A stretch of 32,000 nucleotides of DNA from Hyperthermus butylicus DSM 5456 (GTDB lineage: Archaea > Thermoproteota > Thermoprotei_A > Sulfolobales > Pyrodictiaceae), in assembly GCF_000015145.1 (NCBI RefSeq), contig NC_008818.1:690001-722000 (forward strand). The letters run 5' to 3'. Positions within the stretch are counted from its first letter, which is position 1. Every line of letters begins with the position of its first letter. This document shows positions 1 to 9,724 of this stretch, piece by piece. The position numbers and the translations under genes were made by a program. The notes beneath the pieces were generated by a model, which worked only from the letters and a program-made list of their open reading frames with translations, was not told the DNA's origin and made no database searches.

Positions 1-209
1 TCGTAGCCTGTAAGGGTGAAGGCGGGGTCTGCTAGGGTGTCGGCGGCCACTATCAGTATGCGGGCTTCAGGGTAAGCCTTGGCTACTGCTGCCAGCCCGG
101 TGAAAGATTCTACCTCAACAGTTTTTCCGCCAGCTTTAAGTCGGTACCTTGTGTAGGTCCAACCCGCAGGATCCCCCCATGGGGCGACCGCTAGGATTTC
201 GCCTCTCAT
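1..209 (-). CDS. csx1: CARF-domain protein, Csx1-like CRISPR ancillary effector, N-terminal fragment truncated by the window edge
   Basis: Manual minus-strand translation from ATG at 209 gives MRGEILAVAPWGDPAGWTYTRYRLKAGGKTVEVESFTGLAAVAKAYPEARILIVAADTLADPAFTLTGY and stays open to the edge. The pattern (LxxxPWGdPxxWxxxxYrl...GktVe..sftgLa....ypdarilIvaaDTLAD) matches the N-terminal CARF strand/loop region of archaeal Csx1-type proteins. Adjacent Cmr operon supports it. Not in the ORF track. Confidence 0.75.
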   Translation of the reverse strand, partial: MRGEILAVAPWGDPAGWTYTRYRLKAGGKTVEVESFTGLAAVAKAYPEARILIVAADTLADPAFTLTGY

Positions 210-896
210 AGCCCTGGGCCCCGCGCGGGGCTGCCAGCGCTATACCAGCCTTAGCAGCTTGGCTTTGTGTGGTGTGGGTTTGCTGCATGGGCTTTGCGTT
301 TTGCATAGCTGCTCGTATACCTAGTCGGGTAGTAGCTGCTACTATTGCCGTGCCGTGGCTGAATGCTTCTATTGCTGCCGCTACTGCCACTAGTTTTCGT
401 CCTCCGCCCACCTCTAGTATTGTGACTGTGTCGAGCAGGTTTGCTAGCAGCTTCCTCAGAAGATTCAGGTGTTGGGGGGCCGTCTACGTCATTGAAGGGC
501 AGTATTCTCACCTCGACCCTCACCCTTGGGGATCTACTGGTTGCTGGGCAGGAGCAGCTCGTGAATATTGCTGCTGCCTCTCTTGCTGCTTGGCTGCTTG
601 CGGCTATGATGACGTGCTTGCCTATTGTGTAGCCTTGCCGTCCGAGTAGGCATGCTACTGTGTGGGGTGTGCCGGGCTTAGGCCTGAGAGTAAGACGAGC
701 CTAACCCTCCCTCTCAAGAAACACTCAAAAAGAGAATTGTAAGGCATAGTATCTTGCCGACTGCTCTGCCGTCTCCTCATCGACGCCGAATAACCCAAAA
801 GAGATATTGTGGCTGAGCTGTGTCCGGTCTTTTTGCGGAACATATTCCATGAGAATGCTTAAATGGGGGTTATAGTCGAAGGCTGGTTATTGGCTG

Positions 897-1558
897 TTAA
901 CGGTTGTTGTGTGGGTCTGGTCTTTCTCCCTGTGCTGATGTTTGTGATGATGGTCTGGGCTTGGATGGGTAGAATCTGCTATGTTGATTGTGTTTTTTGA
1001 GTAGCTGGTGTTGCTTGGCTTTCCTTTTCATCCAGTCTATTAGGTCTGCTATCGACTCTCCCATACTTTCCTCGCTTAGCACTACTATGTCGGGGCTGTG
1101 GTAAACCAGACGCGGAGTATTATTGCAAATAGGTTTCTGTAGACCTCAGCATCTCTTACCGCCTCCGCTGCGAGGCGTGTAAGCTCTTCAAGCTTCTGCT
1201 TTGCCGAGGGTACCGGTAGCCCGGTTCGAATTCACCATTCTAGCTCCCTCGCGGCTTCTTCTGCTCCCTTCCTGCTCCCAGGTTCTCTTCACATTTTCCT
1301 CTACGACTTTTAACTCGCCACCTTGCAAATAATAAGGCCTACCAGGCTCTTGTAAGCTGCCCACGCCTTCTCAGTCGCATCCCGCACATCACCCTGGAGC
1401 AGCAGGCGGTGAGCCTCCTCGGTGAACAGCATAAGGTCCTCCTGATGCACCCTCTCAGCCAGCCTAGCGGCAGTCCGGAACCTAGGGAACAGTTCCTCCA
1501 GGGAAACAGCCACAGCGGCCACGTCGAAACCCCCTCCTGGGAAGTCTAACGGTATCAT
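897..1558 (-). pseudogene. PaREP1/HEPN-like small protein, probably frame-broken remnant
   Basis: N-terminal piece 1310..1558 (...LFTEEAHRLLLQGDVRDATEKAWAAYKSLVGLIICKVAS) resembles PaREP1-type helices. After its stop, coding-like segments continue on the same strand in different frames: ...SAKQKLEELTRLAAEAVRDAEVYRNLFAIILR, then RLVYHSPDIVVLSEESMGESIADLIDWMKRKAK. Confidence 0.45.
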
Positions 1559-1717
1559 AAAGTAAGTAGGCTTCTGGGGCTGTTAGTGTGCTGGGATACG
1601 TCCTCTTGTGATGGAGATAAATTGTTAAGTAAAGGTTAAAACTTGCCGCCTCGGCAACCCACTCCTGGCACTCTGCCTAATACCCCCTTCCTCTCTACGA
1701 GCGAGGGCTGAATGTGA

Positions 1718-2740
1718 ATGGCGCAACAGGCTGGTAATGGTAGGCCTCTGGCTGGCTTCCTGGTTTTGGGCTATGCTGTGACACCCCTGCATCCCGGCGT
1801 GGGCAGGGCTCCCGGTGCTGTCGACCTTCCAGTCCAGCGTGACCCCATGGGCTACCCTATGGTTTACGCTTCAAGTGTTAAGGGCGCGTTGAAGGCTGAG
1901 TGTGCTAAGCAGGCTGGCGACAAATGCTTCGACGATAGGGGCAGGATAAAATGTAATGATAAGGATGAGGACTGCGCACTGTGCTGCTGCCTCTTCGGCC
2001 ACGAGCCTGAGGCGGCGGAGGCCGCATCCTCCGTCCTGAGCGTGCTTGACCTAGTGCCGCTCTTCTTCCCGGTGCCCAGCCTGAGCCACGGCTACCTCTA
2101 TATTACGACACCTTACCTGGCGAGACGCGCATACTCAGTTATGGAGGCTATAGGCACTAGTGGAGAGTACAACAAGCTCATGAAACTGCTTGAGAACATT
2201 GCTAAGCAGGAGCTGGGGGAGGGCGAGGCTGCAGGCTGTGTAGATGATAGGAAAGTCTATGTTGGCACTGACGAACTGAACGTAAAGAAAAAGCTAGGCA
2301 ACTGCGAAGACCTATCTTTTGTAGCCAAGCTTGGAGGCCTGGCGGGCGACATACAGTCCAGGATGATCGTCGTCTCTGACGCTGTAGGCCCACTCTACGT
2401 TGAGAAGGGCCTCATTAGGGTTACGAGGGTGCGGCTGAGACTCGACACCAAAACCGTTGCCGAGGGCGGGCTGTGGACTGAAGAGTACATACCGCAGGGC
2501 ACAATATTCCTCAGCGGCTTCATAGCAGCACTACCAAAGAAGAACACCTACTGCAAACATGTTAACGGTATTGAAAGCGGTGTGATTAAGGATAGTGGAG
2601 ATCTTAAGAATCTCATTACGAAGCTTGCCGAAAAGCTGAAGAAAACAAACAACGTTTTCTACGCGATAATAGGGGGCAAGGAGACCGTAGGACGGGGCCT
2701 CATAAAGTTCACCATAGCTCTACCTCAGGGCCAACAGTAA
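1718..2740 (+). CDS. cmr4: Type III-B RAMP backbone subunit Cmr4
   Basis: TPLHPGVGR...GAVDLPVQRDPMGYPMVYASSVKGALKAE is the Cmr4/RAMP signature, including the VDLPVQR segment with the Asp equivalent to the target-RNA cleavage residue. First gene of the operon. Confidence 0.93.
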   Translation: MAQQAGNGRPLAGFLVLGYAVTPLHPGVGRAPGAVDLPVQRDPMGYPMVYASSVKGALKAECAKQAGDKCFDDRGRIKCNDKDEDCALCCCLFGHEPEAAEAASSVLSVLDLVPLFFPVPSLSHGYLYITTPYLARRAYSVMEAIGTSGEYNKLMKLLENIAKQELGEGEAAGCVDDRKVYVGTDELNVKKKLGNCEDLSFVAKLGGLAGDIQSRMIVVSDAVGPLYVEKGLIRVTRVRLRLDTKTVAEGGLWTEEYIPQGTIFLSGFIAALPKKNTYCKHVNGIESGVIKDSGDLKNLITKLAEKLKKTNNVFYAIIGGKETVGRGLIKFTIALPQGQQ

Positions 2741-2755
2741 GGCCGCTAAGGCGGG

Positions 2756-3289
2756 GTGACGGTGTTGAGCCGTAACATACTGCCCAACGACCCGGTTGAA
2801 GCCGCGCTTGAAGCCATGAGAAGGTTTGACAAGAACCTCCGAGACGCATGCAGCGACAAGGGCGAGCCTAGGGCCGATGCTATCAGCAGGAGGCTCAAGG
2901 ACTTCCCCCAGCTGATACTTCAGTCTGGCCTTGTGCCTGCGCTAACCTTCTACCTCTCCAAGCTCAGCGAGAAGGCTGATCAGGATGCCTACGAGCTAAC
3001 TGTCAAGGTACTGACTGAACAGAGGTTAGAGGGGGATGAGAGGAGGAAGTTGTGCAGGAAGACTTCGGGGGAGGGTGGAGGCTACCCTCACGTGCTCGCA
3101 CTAGTACTGGTCTACGCTGCCGAAAGAGCCGGCTGCAGCGTTGACAGCATAGCCAGGATTGGCTCCAGCCTTGTCGGCTGCCTGGAGACAGTGCAAAAGA
3201 AGGGTGTCACTGTGGAGAAGCTTGTGCAGGCCTACGTTAACGAGCTGAAGAAGCTAGCGTCGGCACTATACCCGGAGAAGAAAACATGA
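2756..3289 (+). CDS. cmr5: Type III-B small subunit Cmr5 (GTG start)
   Basis: Small helical protein with LKDFPQLILQSGLVPALTFYLSKLSEKA (Cmr5-like mI..sGL..aLtFylsK) between cmr4 and cmr1. ATGA overlap with the next gene. Confidence 0.85.
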   Translation: MTVLSRNILPNDPVEAALEAMRRFDKNLRDACSDKGEPRADAISRRLKDFPQLILQSGLVPALTFYLSKLSEKADQDAYELTVKVLTEQRLEGDERRKLCRKTSGEGGGYPHVLALVLVYAAERAGCSVDSIARIGSSLVGCLETVQKKGVTVEKLVQAYVNELKKLASALYPEKKT

Positions 3290-5013
3290 GGTGCTCTGCA
3301 ATGCCCAGCTTCATAAGACCAAAGCCCCTCGCTACACTCAGCTTTGTGAGCTTTACACCTTTATGGCCTGGAGGCCCCCTCGGAGGCCGCACCTACCGGT
3401 GTATTACCAGGAGATACTGTATCGGCCCCTTCCTCCCCGACTCCAAGCAGGTTATCGGGAGGGTCAGATGGCTCCTTAGAACCGTTGAGGCTACCCTCCA
3501 GGTGTTGACTGGGAAGCCAGTTAACTCCTACGCAGATGTCGAGTCGTTGAATGCTAGGATATTCGGGACCACAAGCACAGCCTCGAAGCTACGCATAGTC
3601 CTATCATACTCGCCCAACAGCGTGAGAAGCTACTTTGATGCCAGCACCGTGCAGGCCTTGGAAGAGGCTGCCAGGAGAGCGAGTCTAAATGCCAAGAGTA
3701 TAGTGCAGCTCATAGAGGTTGACGGTTTTACAAGGCTGAGACACAAGCTGAATCTGCCACCTTTTGAGAGGAGAATATGGTCAGACTACGAGCGTTATCT
3801 AAAGGTGACAAGGAATGGGTCATTAGTACCCGATGAGTTGGCTCTACTCCTTACAATTCCGCGTATACGGCTTACACTACAGGGTATAAAAAAGTTCATT
3901 GACATATACGAGATGCAGCCTTTACGAGAAGGAATCGAACTAACTGTAACCATCTATGCCCGTAAAGGAGCTAATGTCGATTCTCTCGAGGCTAGCTTTG
4001 CAGTACTCGTTATAGTGTTCACTCTAGCCTTCATAGGCTTGGGTAAGGCAACATCAAGAGGTTTTGGAAGGTTTGCCCTTAAGAAGTACGAGATTAATGT
4101 CAATAATAAAGACCTTGTTGATGATGTGCTTGAAAGCTTTACAAAAGTAGTGAACTCTGTTGAGGATATGAAGAGTGTCTACATGGAGGCTGGCAAGACC
4201 CTTCTAATGCTCGCTCGGGAGTTGAAAGGGGTACCTGTGCCCTCATCGAAGATCGATGACGTGGCTGGAGAGGATGGATGGCATAAGGCGGTTCAGCTGG
4301 TTAGGAGGAGTAGAGTGCCCCTCTTCGCTACGAGTATAGCCTACGTAGCGCTTAAGGGAGCTATAGGGAGGATAAAGCATCCCTGCCCCTACGCAACAGC
4401 AGAGCTAGGCGGCCGGATTGAAAGCCGTCCCCATGGCTGCATAGATAATACTGTAGAGGTAGGTGATATTATAACTGCTCTAAGTGCTGTAGGGAAAGCC
4501 ACACTTAAATCGACATGGAAGTTGTATCATGGCCCACAGCAGCTCAGGAGGGAAGGGGTTGCATATCATACTTGGCCTCTAGGTCTACCGCGAGGAGCCC
4601 AAAACACAGGGTATTATATTGCTGAGCACGCTTATACAGGTGAAAGGTGCGGCCCCAATCTAGGCAGGATTGCCAAGTTGAATAAATCCTCGAGGAGGCT
4701 TTCAACAGTATTCTTCACAGTAGCCTGCAGCGGCGGGGAATGCTTCGGACTTGTGCAGCCCTTCCTCTCCTACGAAGACTTTGCCGACGCTATGACCAGG
4801 CTTGTGCATGTAGGCAAGCATGACAAAACACTATATCACGTGGTCAGCGTTGCCCAGGCCTTGCAGCAGAGCAGGCTGGGCCATGGGGGATGCCCGCCGG
4901 ACCCTGCGGGGCTTGCAGCCCCAAGGGACACCCCAGGCGCACGTACTGCCTCCGATGTTGTTCTCGAGCCTCTTCTCACGGCTCTCGACTGGATTGTCAC
5001 GCTGTTAGGGTGA
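3286..5013 (+). CDS. cmr1: Type III-B RAMP protein Cmr1
   Basis: N-terminal LSFVSFTPLWPGGPLGG..., then VIGRVRWLLRTVEATL, matches the Cmr1 ftPLwtGg...ilGslRwwle pattern. Start overlaps the cmr5 stop (ATGA). Confidence 0.85.
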   Translation: MRCSAMPSFIRPKPLATLSFVSFTPLWPGGPLGGRTYRCITRRYCIGPFLPDSKQVIGRVRWLLRTVEATLQVLTGKPVNSYADVESLNARIFGTTSTASKLRIVLSYSPNSVRSYFDASTVQALEEAARRASLNAKSIVQLIEVDGFTRLRHKLNLPPFERRIWSDYERYLKVTRNGSLVPDELALLLTIPRIRLTLQGIKKFIDIYEMQPLREGIELTVTIYARKGANVDSLEASFAVLVIVFTLAFIGLGKATSRGFGRFALKKYEINVNNKDLVDDVLESFTKVVNSVEDMKSVYMEAGKTLLMLARELKGVPVPSSKIDDVAGEDGWHKAVQLVRRSRVPLFATSIAYVALKGAIGRIKHPCPYATAELGGRIESRPHGCIDNTVEVGDIITALSAVGKATLKSTWKLYHGPQQLRREGVAYHTWPLGLPRGAQNTGYYIAEHAYTGERCGPNLGRIAKLNKSSRRLSTVFFTVACSGGECFGLVQPFLSYEDFADAMTRLVHVGKHDKTLYHVVSVAQALQQSRLGHGGCPPDPAGLAAPRDTPGARTASDVVLEPLLTALDWIVTLLG

Positions 5014-5018
5014 GGGGG

Positions 5019-6062
5019 ATGGTTGAGACGGCGCCCTGTAGGAATATGATGCTGTGTATCGCTTGGAAGTTCAGCAAGCTTGTACTGGACACATTGAGTA
5101 GGGGTAGGGGTGCTGAGGAGTTTAAGGGGTTGAAATCTAAGATTCTAGAAATGACTTTGAACCCGCATGAGATCGATGTTAGTAGTGTCTGTCGCTCCAT
5201 CGCTAGTATAGGTAAAGTCTACTATGAGCCTCTGGTTGAGGGGTTGGAGAGGCTTGGTTACTGTGTGGTAGACGTTACTGCTAAGACGAAGTCTAAGCTT
5301 ATTGTGGGTGCTAGCAGTGGTCTTCTAGGCACAGTGCTGGAGGTTGGGCTCTCCTGGGACTACCTGCTAGACCTTCCATACATTCCTGCGTCGAGCATTA
5401 AGGGGCTGATTAGGAGCTGGCTAGTCCACACAGTCCTCAGCAACTACAAGCTTAGCGAGCAGGATAAGAGGCGTTGTATCGAGAGGATACTAGCCTTAAC
5501 GGGTATAGGCCGCGAGCCGTTCACCCGCGATGAGAAGAGCTGGGCTGTAGAGAAGCTGGGCTCAGAGGTTGACCCCAGGAATACTGTGCCAAGCGCGGGC
5601 ATGGTCTTCGTTGCTGACGCATACCCTGTTGGGCGTGGGCGGGGCAAAACTGGCTGTGGCCTCCTCGACTTTGATGTAGTAACACCCCACTACTATAGGG
5701 GCGGCGAGCCTGTAAGAGACGAGTTTGAAGCCCAGCCGAACCCGGTACCGTATCTCGTTGTGGCTGAGGGTGTTCCATTCCGGATAGTGGCCGCAGTAGG
5801 CCTCGTCGAAGCCGATATGCTGAGAGATATTACCAGCTGCATAGGCTTAAATGGTAGTGTTGATCCTTGTGGGCTGCTCAGCTTCATACTCCTCTCATCG
5901 CTCGCCGAGGGTGTAGGCGCTCGAACCGGAAAGGGCTACGGCATCTTCGACCTTGAAAGCGTTGAGGTGCACAGGGTGCAGAGGCCCACCGTTCAGAGGC
6001 GCAAACCGGGCAGGCTTGTATGGAAGAAGCGTGAAACACCCCATAAGCGTTCAACCACGTGA
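5019..6062 (+). CDS. cmr6: Type III-B RAMP protein Cmr6
   Basis: KSKLIVGASSGLLGTVLEVGLSWDYLLDLPYIPASSIKGLIRSWL, then VFVADAYPVGRGRGKTGCGLLDFDVVTPHYYRGG and GVGARTGKGYGIF, are typical Cmr6 motifs. The ATG at 5019, preceded by gtgaggggg, is preferred over the ORF-track start at 4890, which lies inside cmr1. Confidence 0.88.
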   Translation: MVETAPCRNMMLCIAWKFSKLVLDTLSRGRGAEEFKGLKSKILEMTLNPHEIDVSSVCRSIASIGKVYYEPLVEGLERLGYCVVDVTAKTKSKLIVGASSGLLGTVLEVGLSWDYLLDLPYIPASSIKGLIRSWLVHTVLSNYKLSEQDKRRCIERILALTGIGREPFTRDEKSWAVEKLGSEVDPRNTVPSAGMVFVADAYPVGRGRGKTGCGLLDFDVVTPHYYRGGEPVRDEFEAQPNPVPYLVVAEGVPFRIVAAVGLVEADMLRDITSCIGLNGSVDPCGLLSFILLSSLAEGVGARTGKGYGIFDLESVEVHRVQRPTVQRRKPGRLVWKKRETPHKRSTT

Positions 6063-6104
6063 CACTTCTTTAGAGCGTGAGCTTACCCGGGGGGTGGCGG
6101 GCCG

Positions 6105-9100
6105 ATGTCTAGGCTTCACATGGTGAAGCTTGCAGCTCTACTCCACGACCCGGCCTGGAAGCCCTGGATTGTAGCTTCAGCCTTTCCCGGCAAAACAGGT
6201 ACTGTAGGGAGAGTTCTGGCCAAGGTTGCGGGTAAGTCGGCTCCTGCAGGTGAGCTGGTGAAGGTAGAGGAGTGCGAAGAGCTTATGAAGAAGATGAAAA
6301 CATATACTATTGAAGCTGATGCTCATCAGCTTGATGCTGCTGCGGCGGCAGTAGCTATACTGGATGGCTTGCGCGACGCCCCGATAATTGAGAAGCTTAT
6401 CCTGGACGAGAAAGGAGTTGTTGCTGAGGCTGACAAGCTTGCGGCTAGCCTTGACCGCTGGGTGCTAACCTATAAGCATAGGGAGGCTAGAGACGTTAAG
6501 GTTGACGTTGGCGATGTGGCTTATGCTAACCCTCTAGACCCGCGGTTTAAGATGCCAGAATCGATGAGGAGTATAGATGCGGGAGTTGTGTGCAGGTATG
6601 TTATGAAGCTTAAGCAGCTCTACGGTGATGCGAGAGAGCTTCCTTACCCGCTGCTCTACAACCTGTTCTACCTGCTCCTAGAGCCCTTATGGTATGAGGT
6701 GTGTAGAGCTTGTATACCGTTGGCTGATACTAGGACTCCCACGCACACAGTGTTCGACCATGTCTATGCTACCGCGGCTATGGTCAACTGGCTCTACCCA
6801 GGTGGTGGTAAGCCCGGTGGCTTTCTTGTAAAGGTTGATGTGGCTGGTATTCAGGGCTTCATATCCGCCTCGAGGAAGACTCGCGACCTCTGGGCTGGCT
6901 CGTGGCTTGTATCGGCGCTCGCCTGGTTCACTGTTTCGGAGGCTGTTATGCTTCTGGGCGGCGACATAGTGTTGTCGCCCTACAACCCTGCGAACCCCTT
7001 CTTCATGGCAACGGTGCTCGAGGAACTCAGACTGGCAGGGAGCGAGTACAGCGGGCTTGTACGGTTTGTGGAGGATAAAGTGGAGAGGGCTTACCTCTGG
7101 AAGGGGGCTGCCAACCAGCCCGTAATACCTGGCACCATCTTCCTAGCCCTACCCTGCATCGACGAGGACGACTACGAGAGACTGCGCTTGGAGGCAGAGA
7201 AGCTGAAGACCGTCAGCGATGACGTCTTTAAGCTTCTTGAGGCGCTGAGGAGCTGCGACGGGGAAAAGCTGCGCAAATACTTCATTGGGAGGTTCTGGGA
7301 GGGGTGGAGAAAGGTATGGTGTGCAGCGATAGAGTCGGCAAGGGTGGGGAGAGGATGTAATATTGAGAAGTTCGCCGAGACCATAGTCGATCTAGGAGTT
7401 ACGGATCTGAGCCCGGAGGCTGTTAGAGAGTACCTGGAGGCTTCGAGAAATAATCCCCCGATGCAGCTGCGTATAGTTGTTATCAACATAGAGGATGAAT
7501 ATGATAGGCTCCTAGGCTGGCTTAGAGAGAAGAAAGGGAAGCTTAGCAGCCTACGAGTGGAGGAGGCTGCACAGAAGCTTCTCTTCACATGGCTGTTCAC
7601 GAGGGCCCTACCGGAGGCTGAGGAGCGGGAGTACGCTAAGAGCGTGAGCATAGATGCGGGATTCGCGATAGCTGAAAGCCTGGAGGAGGCCACTTCTAAG
7701 CCTTTGAAGCCTGAGTTCCACGAGTGTAGCATGTGCGGTAGGCTCCCAGCCATAGTACATCTAGCGGATGCAGCGAAGGTCAGAGAGTTCGCGGAAAGGC
7801 TTGGGGTTCCCGTGGTATTGTTCTCTGAGGGTGAGAGTCTCTGCCCCTACTGTCTGGTGAGGAGGCTCGTCTCGACAAGTGATGCCATTAGGAGGATTAT
7901 GAACGGACTTAATCTCTACTACTCACTGAACCCCCGGCAGCTCTACACGAGGCCCCCGTCGACAGATGAGCTTGCTGCTATGGATAAGCTTTTAGCGATA
8001 GTCGACGCTCTAAGCAAGGATGAGCAGCTGGCCGCCGAGCTTCGAAGCTTCTTCTGCAAAGACGATAATGGCAGAAATGCCTGTGAGTATAGGGGTAAGT
8101 ATGTGTCTGAGATCGTGGAGCGCTACGCGTACACGAAGGCAGGCCAGAAGGCCAAGGAGATACTAGGGCTCCTAGAGGCTATCTACGATAAGCTCCTGGG
8201 CGAGTTTGGTGAGGAGTTCCCACACATGCTCATAGCAGGCATACTGGCCAGCGAACAGCGCTGCGCAAGCCATCTCGCTAAGAGTGTGGCAAAAATCCGG
8301 GAGAAGAGGGAGGAAAGGGTTGGCAGTGAGGTGCAGGAGAAGGCTAGGGAGGTATGCAGCCTTCTAGCGAAGCTCTATAGTAGAGCTGATGGTGTTGCAG
8401 GGCGCTACTATGCTATTGTGAGGGGTGATGGCGACTACTTTGGCAGCAGGATTATCAAGGGCGTCTTAGACTTTAAGAGCTCCAGAGACTATGTTGAGGA
8501 GATGCTGAAAGCCATTAGGGATGAAGGGGCGCGAAGCCGCCTGGCCCCCGTATACTCTGAGATCGCCACATTACTCGTAGACCTCATGGAGGAAATGAAG
8601 CCGGAAACCCCCAGCTCAGGCTGCAAGAAGGGCTGCAAGGCTCTGCCAAAGCCTGCCACGCTGGTTACACCAACATACTATATGGCCCTGTCTAGGGGGC
8701 AGATGATTACCGCCCTTTACGACGCCGAGATAGTGGCAATGCTTGGCGGCTTCCCAGTGTATGCTGGCGGCGACGATGTCGCGGCTCTCGCGCCGGGCTA
8801 CATAAGCAAAGGTAGACTAGAGAATCTCATAAAGGGCTATGCTACCAGGGCCACGCATATCAAGGACAGTATAAGGGCGGACACGGGCTTTGTGCCAGCA
8901 CTCATAGCGCTCTACACCAGGAAGAACTACTGGGGACTACTGTGGGCTGGCAGGGGCTTCCACCGCACACCTATAGGGGCAGTGTACCCCGCCCCGGTTG
9001 CCTACGGTAGGAGCTATGGCATCTACATTGTCCACTACCGCGACCCATTCATGGCGGCTTGGAGGAGCGCTGGCGACCTTGAAGAGTACAAGGATGTAAT

Positions 9101-9716
9101 TGCCTTCACAAGTCCACACGGCACCACAGTGTCTAAGGATGCAACCTTCCTAGCCTACGGGAGGGTGTCCAGTATAGCTGGCGTAGAGTTGGGTGCTGTA
9201 GCGCTACCCAACATGAAGCCTGGCGCAGGCAAGGAGAAGGTAATCACTTGGGGGGCTGCGGGCAGGAAGCCTGAGGAGCCGGAGCCGGTGGGGTGGACGC
9301 TGGCTCTCAGCCTCGATTTAGCTTCGAAGGTCGAAGAAGAGGACCGCGTTATCTCAAGAAGTCTCTACAGCGACTTCGAGAGGGAGTGCCCGCTAGCCAT
9401 GCGTATAGCCCGGAAAATCGTACTCACCGGAAGCACCGACCTGCAAAGGATTGCGGAATCCCTGCTGGAAATGATTATCAGGCGGAACACGCCGGAGAGA
9501 CATAGGAGGAAAATTGAATACATAACTAAGCTTCTCAAGGAGGTCGCTATGGTGGCGCCGGCGCCAGCTAAGCTTCTAGAAGCTCTTGAATGTGGCCAGC
9601 TAAGAGTCGAGGAGGCCGAGAAGAGGCTTAACGGGTTCAGCAAGCTTGCATGTCTTGCACCCCTGCCCTGGCAGATAGTCCTTGCAGCCTACACAATATC
9701 ATCTGGGAGGAGGTGA
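6105..9716 (+). CDS. cmr2: Type III-B large subunit Cmr2/Cas10 (predicted cyclic oligoadenylate synthetase)
   Basis: 1203 aa with N-terminal KLAALLHDPAWKPW, Zn-finger HECSMCGRLP...CPYC, GIQGFISASRKTRDLWAGSWLVS, GDGDYFG, and Palm motif GGDD (YAGGDDVAAL) at 8766-8777. Confidence 0.95.
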   Translation: MSRLHMVKLAALLHDPAWKPWIVASAFPGKTGTVGRVLAKVAGKSAPAGELVKVEECEELMKKMKTYTIEADAHQLDAAAAAVAILDGLRDAPIIEKLILDEKGVVAEADKLAASLDRWVLTYKHREARDVKVDVGDVAYANPLDPRFKMPESMRSIDAGVVCRYVMKLKQLYGDARELPYPLLYNLFYLLLEPLWYEVCRACIPLADTRTPTHTVFDHVYATAAMVNWLYPGGGKPGGFLVKVDVAGIQGFISASRKTRDLWAGSWLVSALAWFTVSEAVMLLGGDIVLSPYNPANPFFMATVLEELRLAGSEYSGLVRFVEDKVERAYLWKGAANQPVIPGTIFLALPCIDEDDYERLRLEAEKLKTVSDDVFKLLEALRSCDGEKLRKYFIGRFWEGWRKVWCAAIESARVGRGCNIEKFAETIVDLGVTDLSPEAVREYLEASRNNPPMQLRIVVINIEDEYDRLLGWLREKKGKLSSLRVEEAAQKLLFTWLFTRALPEAEEREYAKSVSIDAGFAIAESLEEATSKPLKPEFHECSMCGRLPAIVHLADAAKVREFAERLGVPVVLFSEGESLCPYCLVRRLVSTSDAIRRIMNGLNLYYSLNPRQLYTRPPSTDELAAMDKLLAIVDALSKDEQLAAELRSFFCKDDNGRNACEYRGKYVSEIVERYAYTKAGQKAKEILGLLEAIYDKLLGEFGEEFPHMLIAGILASEQRCASHLAKSVAKIREKREERVGSEVQEKAREVCSLLAKLYSRADGVAGRYYAIVRGDGDYFGSRIIKGVLDFKSSRDYVEEMLKAIRDEGARSRLAPVYSEIATLLVDLMEEMKPETPSSGCKKGCKALPKPATLVTPTYYMALSRGQMITALYDAEIVAMLGGFPVYAGGDDVAALAPGYISKGRLENLIKGYATRATHIKDSIRADTGFVPALIALYTRKNYWGLLWAGRGFHRTPIGAVYPAPVAYGRSYGIYIVHYRDPFMAAWRSAGDLEEYKDVIAFTSPHGTTVSKDATFLAYGRVSSIAGVELGAVALPNMKPGAGKEKVITWGAAGRKPEEPEPVGWTLALSLDLASKVEEEDRVISRSLYSDFERECPLAMRIARKIVLTGSTDLQRIAESLLEMIIRRNTPERHRRKIEYITKLLKEVAMVAPAPAKLLEALECGQLRVEEAEKRLNGFSKLACLAPLPWQIVLAAYTISSGRR

Positions 9717-9724
9717 GCCTCCTC

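Noticed and set aside
136-411. Minus-strand 91-aa ORF in the track
   Set aside because: Overlaps the better-supported CARF frame (1..209) and has low-complexity, non-family sequence.
251-843. ORFs between the CARF and PaREP1-like regions (251..523 -, 269..649 +, 441..632 +, 655..843 -)
   Set aside because: Overlapping antisense frames with skewed composition and no recognisable motifs. A decayed gene is possible but cannot be supported.
7172-7753. 193-aa ORF antisense to cmr2
   Set aside because: Ser/Leu-rich shadow of the well-supported Cas10 frame.
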